DNA of 54,965 bases from Candidatus Nealsonbacteria bacterium. Lineage in GTDB: Bacteria > Patescibacteriota > Minisyncoccia > Minisyncoccales > JANBVM01. Below the pieces are notes generated by a model, which worked only from the letters and a program-made list of their open reading frames with translations, did not search any database and was not told where the DNA came from. The position numbers and the translations under genes were made by a program. Of this stretch, positions 19,819-26,671 are shown piece after piece; within the stretch, counting starts at the first letter, position 1; the number at the start of each line of letters is the position of its first letter. The stretch is taken from assembly GCA_047456315.1 (NCBI GenBank), contig CP179889.1, forward strand, positions 1-54,965. The letters are read 5' to 3'.

Positions 19819-20088
19819 TTAAAATGGAATAAATGGATTCTCTCTTCCAATAGTTCCTTCGAAGGACGGGATTTTCTCAATTAAATTTAATTGTTTTAGT
19901 AATGGATTTTGAAAAATATCAAAATTAATTTCAATTTTTTTAAGGCGTTTTGAAATTAATATCTCAGATGGCTCTTCTTTGGGCTTAAATCCCCACCAAA
20001 GAATAAAAGCAGTAGATAGAATCAAAACCACAAAGATAATCGTTAAATTTCTTTGTTTTTTAATTTGTTGCTGGAATGTTATAGCCAT
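19819..20088 (-). CDS. Small single-pass membrane protein of the pilus alignment block (function unknown; sits at the PilP position)
   Basis: 89 aa with the TM segment LTIIFVVLILSTAFILWWGF. Tightly packed between the pilO-like gene and pilB. Confidence 0.5.
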   Translation of the reverse strand: MAITFQQQIKKQRNLTIIFVVLILSTAFILWWGFKPKEEPSEILISKRLKKIEINFDIFQNPLLKQLNLIEKIPSFEGTIGRENPFIPF

Positions 20089-20090
20089 CT

Positions 20091-20603
20091 TTAGTATGAA
20101 TAAGCAGTTATTTTAAAATTGAATTTAAACAGTTCTCCTTTCTCAGGATAAGAAAAATGAATGCTGTCTACATCTATTAATCTTGATGAATTCTCAATAA
20201 AAGGAATGAATTTCTTCAAACCAATATATTCACCGCTCAGAATGAAATTAACCTTTGTTTTTTTAATATTGTCTTCCGCGCTCATCAGCCCTAAATTTAT
20301 ATCACCCAGCACAAGACCTGATCGGGAAGCTGACTTTTGAATAAAAGCTAAAAGCTCTGGCACCTGAGGGCTCTCAGGCAAAGCAGATTCAATTTTTAGA
20401 AGTGAGTCCTTGTTCGCCTCAAGTTTATCGGAAACATCTTTTAATCTTTGAAAATATTCTTCCTGAAACTGAAGCTCATCTTCTTTAATTGAAATTTGGC
20501 CTGTCACTAAATTTAAGGATTCATATTTTTTAAAAACCAAACTAGACAATAACGCTAAAATCACAGCAACAAAAACAACAATAATGTTAAAATATCTTTT
20601 CAT
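20091..20603 (-). CDS. pilO: PilO-like pilus alignment protein
   Basis: 170 aa with an N-terminal TM, a coiled coil (EDELQFQEEYFQRLKD) and a C-terminal globular part. Gene order is pilM-N-O. Confidence 0.65.
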   Translation of the reverse strand: MKRYFNIIVVFVAVILALLSSLVFKKYESLNLVTGQISIKEDELQFQEEYFQRLKDVSDKLEANKDSLLKIESALPESPQVPELLAFIQKSASRSGLVLGDINLGLMSAEDNIKKTKVNFILSGEYIGLKKFIPFIENSSRLIDVDSIHFSYPEKGELFKFNFKITAYSY

Positions 20604-20604
20604 C

Positions 20605-21132
20605 TTAATATTTAAAAATTTCTTTATTTAAAAAAATATTTAAGCTAAAATCAATCCCCCCTTCTTTGTTTAAAGTAGCGTCTGTCAGCATCAGATCCTC
20701 AATTATTGGTTCGCTGTTAAGAGTTGAAATCTGCTGCTGCAAGGTTGAAAAACTGTCAGTCTGGCCAGACAGAATTACCTTTTCTTCCTGGATGTTTAAA
20801 TTAACTTTGGAAAAGAAAACACGGGGAAAAACTCTTTTTTCTAAAAAGTCAAAAAACTTTGAGCTTAAAACATGACCTTCTAAAAAAGGAGCAATAGCTT
20901 CTATCTTCTTCTTGTAATCTAAATTCTCCTCTTCTAATGTAATTCTTTCAGCAGTTCTTCCTTGCTCTAATCTTTTTTCCAATTCATCAACATATACTTT
21001 TGACCTTTCCTCAAGATTATTCAATAAAAAATATGTACCAATCAGAACAATGATTAAAAATATCAAAAGATAAATTAAAATCTTTTGCCATTTATCTGCT
21101 TCTTTAACTGGTTTTGGTATTATTTCAACCAT
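20605..21132 (-). CDS. pilN: PilN-like pilus alignment protein
   Basis: 175 aa with a short cytoplasmic N-terminus, then the TM ILIYLLIFLIIVLIGTYFLL, then a periplasmic-type domain. Immediately downstream of pilM. Confidence 0.65.
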   Translation of the reverse strand: MVEIIPKPVKEADKWQKILIYLLIFLIIVLIGTYFLLNNLEERSKVYVDELEKRLEQGRTAERITLEEENLDYKKKIEAIAPFLEGHVLSSKFFDFLEKRVFPRVFFSKVNLNIQEEKVILSGQTDSFSTLQQQISTLNSEPIIEDLMLTDATLNKEGGIDFSLNIFLNKEIFKY

Positions 21133-21148
21133 ATATGTTTATTTTAAA

Positions 21149-22228
21149 CTATGATTCTAATCCCCTTAAAGCTGCGCCAACAGCAATAGCATAAGCAGGC
21201 CCCATTTCTTTTAAATTTTCTTCAAGAATGGGTGAAAAAAAGATGTTGGAAAAAGGATTGGCAATTTCAATTTCTTTCTTAAAATAATCCTTAAATGAAT
21301 CCTGAAGGCCTGGCAGCATAGCAACCCCGCCAGCTAAAATTATCTTTTCAACCTCTTTTCTCTTCCTTAAATAAAATTCTTTAAACACTTTATCGATTTC
21401 TCTGATAACCAAAGCAATTAAAGGAGTTAAAACTTCTTTAACGCTTTTCTTTTCAGAATTCTCTATTAACGAAGAAATCCCGTATTTTGTTTTAAGACCT
21501 CTTGCTGTCTCATAATCTAAAGAAAGTGCCTTTGAAATTCTTTCTGTTAGAATATCTCCTGAAATATCAAAACTATGGGAGATTTTTAAAGTTCTTTTAT
21601 CAACTATACTGCAAGTGGTACTTCTAGCGCCAATGTCAATTAAAGCAACAGTTCTTTTTTCTTCTTTGTCAATCAAGGACCTCATTAGCCCAAATACCTC
21701 TGCTTCCAGAGCCAAAAGCTCTAAATCTGAATCCTGGGCAATTTCTTTGTATTGGTTAATTACTTCATTGGGAACTGTAACCAGCAAAATTTCAAATCTC
21801 TGACCCTCTCTTCTTGTCTCTTTATTAAGTAACTGCCAGTCAAGCGTGACTTCAGCTAAAGGAAGAGGAACATGGCGTCTAGCCTCAGATTTTACTGCCT
21901 GAGGAAGTTCTTCTATGCTCATTGAAGGCAATTCAAAAGAGGTAAAAAAAGTTGAAAAATCAGGAATTGTAAAAACTGCCTTACGGGTCTTGATGTTAGC
22001 CTCCTCAATCACAGCCTTAACTGCTTTGGCAATATCTTCACTTACAAGAGAAAGTGTGTTTTTCTCAAAGGTTCTGAATGGTTTTTTATACAAAACTGAA
22101 GCTGAAATCTCGCCATAGTTTTCCAGTTTATTCCTCCCAGCCCAGCGTGATAATTCAACTAATTTTACTGCTGAAGTACCAATATCTATTCCTAAAAACT
22201 TTTTTGGAATTAATCCTAAAAACTGCAT
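21149..22228 (-). CDS. pilM: Actin-like pilus assembly protein PilM
   Basis: 359 aa with the phosphate-1 motif LGIDIGTSAVKLVEL and an FtsA/actin fold pattern (DIGARSTT, LAGGVAMLPGL). Confidence 0.9.
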   Translation of the reverse strand: MQFLGLIPKKFLGIDIGTSAVKLVELSRWAGRNKLENYGEISASVLYKKPFRTFEKNTLSLVSEDIAKAVKAVIEEANIKTRKAVFTIPDFSTFFTSFELPSMSIEELPQAVKSEARRHVPLPLAEVTLDWQLLNKETRREGQRFEILLVTVPNEVINQYKEIAQDSDLELLALEAEVFGLMRSLIDKEEKRTVALIDIGARSTTCSIVDKRTLKISHSFDISGDILTERISKALSLDYETARGLKTKYGISSLIENSEKKSVKEVLTPLIALVIREIDKVFKEFYLRKRKEVEKIILAGGVAMLPGLQDSFKDYFKKEIEIANPFSNIFFSPILEENLKEMGPAYAIAVGAALRGLES

Positions 22229-22232
22229 TGTA

Positions 22233-22241
22233 TGATATTAT
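22233..22241 (+). promoter_or_regulatory. Extended -10 promoter TGaTATTAT for comFC, 6 nt from the ATG (candidate leaderless)
   Basis: The plus strand reads TGATATTATACCACA then ATG at 22248. It occupies the same base pairs as the pilM -10 on the other strand. Confidence 0.4.
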
Positions 22242-22245
22242 ACCA
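22237..22245 (-). promoter_or_regulatory. Extended -10 promoter TGgTATAAT for pilM, 8 nt from the ATG (candidate leaderless)
   Basis: The minus strand reads TGTGGTATAATATCATACA then ATG. There is no Shine-Dalgarno sequence. Confidence 0.45.
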
Positions 22246-22247
22246 CA

Positions 22248-22916
22248 ATGAAAAACAAACTAAAAAGATTTTTTCTTGATTTATTGTTCCCAAAAACCTG
22301 TTTTGGCTGCCAGAAGCCAGAAACCTATCTTTGCTGTGACTGCGAAGCTATTCTTGAAGTATCAGACATTCATAAAAAACTAAAAACTGAACAGCTTTCT
22401 GATTTATATTTTGCTCTAGAGTATAAAAAATCTCTTATTAAAACTCTAATTTCTCAGTTCAAATGCCAACCTTTTATTAAAGAGCTTTCTCGTCCTCTGT
22501 CTTCTTTAATAATAAACCATTTTCAGCTGATAGAGAAGAATAAAAATGATTTTAAAGATTTTATTATAATCCCTGTGCCTTTACACATTAAAAAATTGAA
22601 GTGGCGTGGATTTAATCAAGCGGAAGAAATTGGAAAGCATTTATCAGAATTTTTTAAAATTCCCTTAATAAATAATGTTTTAATAAAAAAGCATAAAACC
22701 TTAGCTCAAACTGAACTTACTGGAATAAAAAGAGAAAGAAATGTTTTAAATGTTTTTCAGTGTGAAAATACAAAAACAATTAAAAACAAAGATGTTATTT
22801 TAGTTGATGATATTTACGTAACTGGCTCTACAATAAATGAATGCGCCAGAGTTCTAAAACAATCTGGTGCAGGAAAAGTTATTGGAATAGTAGTTGCAAT
22901 AACTGAACCAAAGTAA
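22248..22916 (+). CDS. comFC: ComF-family competence protein (ComFC, phosphoribosyltransferase fold)
   Basis: N-terminal zinc-finger Cys cluster CFGCQ...CCDCEA and the C-terminal PRTase motif VILVDDIYVTGST. Confidence 0.88.
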   Translation: MKNKLKRFFLDLLFPKTCFGCQKPETYLCCDCEAILEVSDIHKKLKTEQLSDLYFALEYKKSLIKTLISQFKCQPFIKELSRPLSSLIINHFQLIEKNKNDFKDFIIIPVPLHIKKLKWRGFNQAEEIGKHLSEFFKIPLINNVLIKKHKTLAQTELTGIKRERNVLNVFQCENTKTIKNKDVILVDDIYVTGSTINECARVLKQSGAGKVIGIVVAITEPK

Positions 22917-22926
22917 ATAAATTAAG

Positions 22927-23010
22927 CGGAGAGGGTGGGATTCGAACCCACATGTCCTTTTGGGACGCCAGTTTTCAAAACTGGTGGAATAGCCGTTATC
23001 CGACCTCTCC
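22927..23010 (-). tRNA. tRNA-Ser (anticodon UGA), class II long variable arm, no encoded CCA
   Basis: The minus strand reads GGAGAGGTCGGATAACGGCTATTCCACCAGTTTTGAAAACTGGCGTCCCAAAAGGACATGTGGGTTCGAATCCCACCCTCTCCG. Acceptor stem GGAGAGG/CCTCTCC, anticodon stem CCAGT/ACTGG, loop TTTGAAA, T-arm GTGGG-TTCGAAT-CCCAC. Confidence 0.9.
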
Positions 23011-23021
23011 AAAAGAAAGTG

Positions 23022-23106
23022 CGGAGGAGGTGGGACTCGAACCCACAAGACCCGTTAAAAGGTCACACCTTAGCAGGGTGGTACGATGCCATTACGTGAC
23101 TCCTCC
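23022..23106 (-). tRNA. tRNA-Ser (anticodon GCU), long variable arm, no encoded CCA
   Basis: The minus strand reads GGAGGAGTCACGTAATGGCATCGTACCACCCTGCTAAGGTGTGACCTTTTAACGGGTCTTGTGGGTTCGAGTCCCACCTCCTCCG. Anticodon loop CTGCTAA. Confidence 0.9.
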
Positions 23107-23117
23107 TAAACGCATAT

Positions 23118-23146
23118 ATTTTACATCTCAATATACATTAAGTCAA
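23118..23146 (-). promoter_or_regulatory. Promoter for the tRNA-Ser pair
   Basis: The minus strand has TTGACT (23146-23141), a 17-nt spacer and TAAAAT (23123-23118), about 11 nt before the tRNA 5' end. Confidence 0.5.
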
Positions 23147-23175
23147 TTGATTTGAACCTAATTTTATGATTAAAT
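23147..23175 (+). promoter_or_regulatory. Promoter for tRNA-Arg (and possibly the NUDIX-recG genes)
   Basis: TTGATT (23147-23152), a 17-nt spacer ending in TGa, then TTAAAT (23170-23175), 9 nt before the tRNA 5' end. It sits back-to-back with the tRNA-Ser promoter. Confidence 0.45.
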
Positions 23176-23184
23176 TAAGCAAGA

Positions 23185-23256
23185 GTCCCCATAGCTTAAT
23201 GGATAGAGTACTGACTTGCGGAGTCATTGGTGAAGGTTCGACTCCTTCTGGGGACA
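23185..23256 (+). tRNA. tRNA-Arg (anticodon GCG), 4-nt variable loop, no encoded CCA
   Basis: GTCCCCATAGCTTAATGGATAGAGTACTGACTTGCGGAGTCATTGGTGAAGGTTCGACTCCTTCTGGGGACA. Acceptor stem GTCCCCA/TGGGGAC, T-arm GAAGG-TTCGACT-CCTTC, anticodon loop TTGCGGA. The D-arm TAGCTTAATGGATAGAGTA is typical of Arg tRNAs. Confidence 0.8.
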
Positions 23257-23282
23257 CATTAATATTAATATAAATAATAAAC

Positions 23283-23759
23283 ATGATTACTTGTTTTTTT
23301 GAAAACAATAATAAAGTATTTTTAAGACACGTTGTTGTAGATAATATTGTTATTAAAAACAATCAAATTCTTCTTGTTAAACGCGCTCCTGATACACCAG
23401 CCCATCCTAATAAATATTCCCTGCCAGGAGGTTATTTAGATAGAGATGAAACCATGACCCAAGGCACTTTAAGAGAATTTGAAGAAGAAACTGGTTATAA
23501 GGGAAAAATAGTTTCTTTATTTAGAATTAACAGTGACCCAAACAGAAAAGGAGAAGACAAACAAAATATAGATTTTGTTTATTTAACTGAAGCAAAAGAA
23601 AAAATCTCTGAACCTGATAGTGAGATAAGCGAAGCGGTTTGGTTCGATTTAGATAATTTGCCAAAACCAGAAGAAATTGCCTTTGACCACTGGGAAAATA
23701 TTGAGCTTTATCTAAAACACAAAGAAAAGCCTTTTTCTTTACCAATCCTTAATCTATAG
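23283..23759 (+). CDS. NUDIX hydrolase
   Basis: Nudix box GGYLDRDETMTQGTLREFEEETGY (GX5EX7REUXEEXGU). Confidence 0.88.
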   Translation: MITCFFENNNKVFLRHVVVDNIVIKNNQILLVKRAPDTPAHPNKYSLPGGYLDRDETMTQGTLREFEEETGYKGKIVSLFRINSDPNRKGEDKQNIDFVYLTEAKEKISEPDSEISEAVWFDLDNLPKPEEIAFDHWENIELYLKHKEKPFSLPILNL

Positions 23760-23765
23760 TTCTTT

Positions 23766-25856
23766 ATGAATCTATCAACCCCTATTGAGAAAATACCGCG
23801 CGTTGGACCTCAATATCAAAAAAAATTAAACAGATTGGGCATTAAAAATATTGCTGATTTATTATTCCATTTTCCTCATCGTTATGAGGATTTCTCTAAT
23901 TTAACCCCTATAACCCAAGTTAAAGCTGATGAAAAGGTTTGTATTCAAGGAAAAGTATTAGATATTCAAAATATTATTACCAGAAGAAGAAGATTTGTTC
24001 TAACAAAAGCTACTATTAAAGATGAATCAGGAGCAATAAAGGTAATTTGGTTTAATCGTCCTTATCTGGTTGATAGTTTAAAACCCGGTGCTTCGGTCTG
24101 CTTGGCAGGAAAAGCAGCTATAAATAAAAAATACTTTTCAGGTGTTTACCTGTCAAGCCCAGCTTATGAAAAAATATCTCAAGAGGAGAAGAAAACCTTA
24201 ATTCACACAGGAGGATTAATCCCAGTTTATCCAGAAACAGAGGGATTATCTTCTCGCTGGTTAAGGTATATTATAAGGCCATTGTTGGCTCAGTTTAAGA
24301 ATAAAGTTCAAGATCCTTTACCAGAAACACTTAAAAAGGAAAATAAACTCCTTCCTTTAAACAAAGCTCTCTGGCAGATTCATTTTCCAGATTCAAATGA
24401 TTTAGCAAACCAAGCCAGAAAAAGATTCTCTTTTCAGGAGATTTTCTTTATTCAATTGAATGTTTTAATGGAGAAATTAAGATTAAAACAAAAAAGCGCA
24501 ATAAGTGTTCCAATAGAATTAGAAACTATAAAAAGCTTTGTTAAATCTTTATCTTTTAAACTCACTGATGCTCAAAGAAAATCAAGCTGGGAGATTTTAA
24601 AAGACATGGAAAAACCACAGCCAATGAATAGATTACTGGAAGGAGATGTTGGCTCTGGAAAAACCATTGTTGCAATGATTGCAGCTTTAAATACAGCCAA
24701 GTCAAAGCATCAAACAGCTTTTATGGCTCCAACAGAAATATTGGCAGAACAACACTTTAAAAGTCTTTCAGATATTTTAAAAGGTTTTGATGTTAAAATT
24801 GGGGTTTTAACAAGAAAAGCGTACAAAACATCTAATAAAAAAACAACAAAGAAAAAACTAATAGAGCAAATTAAATCAGGAGATATTGATATTTTGATTG
24901 GCACCCATGCCTTAATCCAGAAAGATGTAAAATTCAAGAACTTAGCTTTAGTTATTTTAGATGAACAGCACCGCTTTGGTGTTGAGCAGCGCGCTAAATT
25001 GTGCCAGCAAAAAGGAATTATCCCCCATCTTTTATCTATGACTGCTACTCCAATTCCAAGAACCCTGACTTTAACAATCTATGGAGACCTGGATTTATCA
25101 ATTTTAGACGAGCTTCCCAAAGGAAGAAAAAAAATAATTACAAAATTAGTTTCTCCAAGAGGAAGGAAAAAAGTACACGAGTTTATTAGGAGTGAGATAA
25201 AAAAAGGGAAACAAGCTTTTGTCATTTGCCCCAGAATAGAACCAAGAGAAACAATGAACTCCTGGTCAAATGTTAAGGCTGTGAAAGAGGAATACGAGAA
25301 ACTGTCAGAAAAGATTTTCCCTGAGTTAAAAGTAGAAATGCTTCATGGAAAAATGAAGAGCAAGGAAAAAGAGCAGACCATGAAAAATTTCAAAAGTAAA
25401 AAAACAAATATTCTAGTTTCAACCTCAGTTGTAGAAGTAGGAATTGATATTAAAAATGCAACAATAATGATGATTGAGGGAGCTGAGAAGTTCGGCTTAG
25501 CCCAGCTTCATCAATTTAGAGGAAGAATTGGAAGGGGAAAAGACCAATCATATTGCTTTTTATTCACCAGTTCTAAAGAAATAAGGACAACCAGGCGACT
25601 GCAAGCACTGCTTAAATCAAATAGCGGCTTTGAGTTAGCTGAAAAAGATTTAGCAATCAGGGGGCCAGGTGAAATCTCTGGAGCAAGACAATGGGGAGTG
25701 CCTGATTTAGTAATGGCATCATTAAAAGATGTTAAGCTTCTCGAGAAAACACGCTTCTGGGCAAAGCAGATTCTAATACAAGACCCAACTCTTAAAAAGA
25801 ATCCTCTTTTAGCAAATAAAATTCAAGAGTTCGGCAAACGAATCCACCTTGAATAA
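23766..25856 (+). CDS. recG: ATP-dependent DNA helicase RecG
   Basis: 696 aa with an N-terminal wedge/OB region and SF2 helicase motifs GDVGSGKT, DEQHRFG, SMTATPIPRT and QLHQFRGRIGRG. Confidence 0.93.
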   Translation: MNLSTPIEKIPRVGPQYQKKLNRLGIKNIADLLFHFPHRYEDFSNLTPITQVKADEKVCIQGKVLDIQNIITRRRRFVLTKATIKDESGAIKVIWFNRPYLVDSLKPGASVCLAGKAAINKKYFSGVYLSSPAYEKISQEEKKTLIHTGGLIPVYPETEGLSSRWLRYIIRPLLAQFKNKVQDPLPETLKKENKLLPLNKALWQIHFPDSNDLANQARKRFSFQEIFFIQLNVLMEKLRLKQKSAISVPIELETIKSFVKSLSFKLTDAQRKSSWEILKDMEKPQPMNRLLEGDVGSGKTIVAMIAALNTAKSKHQTAFMAPTEILAEQHFKSLSDILKGFDVKIGVLTRKAYKTSNKKTTKKKLIEQIKSGDIDILIGTHALIQKDVKFKNLALVILDEQHRFGVEQRAKLCQQKGIIPHLLSMTATPIPRTLTLTIYGDLDLSILDELPKGRKKIITKLVSPRGRKKVHEFIRSEIKKGKQAFVICPRIEPRETMNSWSNVKAVKEEYEKLSEKIFPELKVEMLHGKMKSKEKEQTMKNFKSKKTNILVSTSVVEVGIDIKNATIMMIEGAEKFGLAQLHQFRGRIGRGKDQSYCFLFTSSKEIRTTRRLQALLKSNSGFELAEKDLAIRGPGEISGARQWGVPDLVMASLKDVKLLEKTRFWAKQILIQDPTLKKNPLLANKIQEFGKRIHLE

Positions 25857-25869
25857 ATTTGTCAAGGAT

Positions 25870-25980
25870 TTAAAAAATATAATGCTCAAGAGCATAATAA
25901 AGCATCCATCCAATAGCAAGAAAAGCTATTATAAAATCAAGTAAAAAAAATATACTTCCTTTTTGATTATTAATTTTCAT
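25870..25980 (-). CDS. Possible 36-aa membrane peptide directly downstream of the HtrA-like gene
   Basis: My own translation is MKINNQKGSIFFLLDFIIAFLAIGWMLYYALEHYIF. It starts 6 nt after the upstream stop. It is below the ORF-track size cut-off and I recognise no homology. Confidence 0.3.
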   Translation of the reverse strand: MKINNQKGSIFFLLDFIIAFLAIGWMLYYALEHYIF

Positions 25981-25986
25981 AAATAT

Positions 25987-26667
25987 TTAAAAACCAGCAA
26001 AATCCCTGATTACATCAACGGGAATAATGCTTACCACTCCCCAATAATCAATAGTTGCCAGTCCCAAGAATTCACCTTTAATATTAAACAAAGGACTGCC
26101 AGCCATGGTGCTTTTCTCAAGAATATTTGTTGAAATCAAGTTTTCATTGAAATAGGAAACAATTCCTTCATTAACCCCACGAGTAAATTCCTTAACCCCA
26201 TAAATTGTTCCAACTAAGAAAATCCTTTCTCCTGTTTTCACCTTATTTAAATCAGCAAAACCAACTGTTGGCAAGCTGCTCTGCTCAAGCTTTATTAAAG
26301 CCAGATTATTGGTTAAATCTCTTTTTAAAATCTGATAGCTTGATGGCTCCCCTTCAACAAAAAACAAAAACTCTGAACCTTGAGGAACCAATTCAGCCAA
26401 TGTTACTATCAGACCGTCTGAGGTTAAAACCATTGCTGAACCAATAAGTATTTTTTCTTTGCTGGTTGATTTTATACCAATAATTGTTTTTTCAACTCTC
26501 TCAACAGCATTTCTTAGGGCAATATTTTCCTCAATAGTGATTTCTTTTCTCTCGGTAACATAAACAGGCCTTTCAAGAAAATATGGCCAGATAAACTGGT
26601 TAGCGAAAAGCCCTCCTAAAATACCGATTATAAATATTGATAAAATTTGCAAAGCTTTTTTCTTCAT
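25987..26667 (-). CDS. Membrane-anchored trypsin/HtrA-fold protein with all three catalytic positions substituted (predicted pseudo-protease), no PDZ domain
   Basis: 226 aa with an N-terminal TM. It aligns by eye to the HtrA domain encoded at 29470-30840: TLAELV versus TNKHVV (His to Glu), NNLALIKL versus QDIAILKI (Asp to Asn), TMAGSPLFN versus GNSGGPLLN (Ser to Ala). Confidence 0.7.
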   Translation of the reverse strand: MKKKALQILSIFIIGILGGLFANQFIWPYFLERPVYVTERKEITIEENIALRNAVERVEKTIIGIKSTSKEKILIGSAMVLTSDGLIVTLAELVPQGSEFLFFVEGEPSSYQILKRDLTNNLALIKLEQSSLPTVGFADLNKVKTGERIFLVGTIYGVKEFTRGVNEGIVSYFNENLISTNILEKSTMAGSPLFNIKGEFLGLATIDYWGVVSIIPVDVIRDFAGF

Positions 26668-26671
26668 ATCA

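Noticed and set aside
19818-19880. 21-codon N-terminal extension of PilB in the track ORF.
   Set aside because: It overlaps the upstream 89-aa gene. The Met at 19817 follows that gene's stop by one nucleotide and begins a typical PilB N-terminus.
22854-23362. Three track ORFs (22854-23048 minus, 22952-23155 plus, 23138-23362 minus).
   Set aside because: They overlap two tRNA-Ser genes, a tRNA-Arg gene and their promoters. Their peptides look random, and the tRNA folds explain the sequence.
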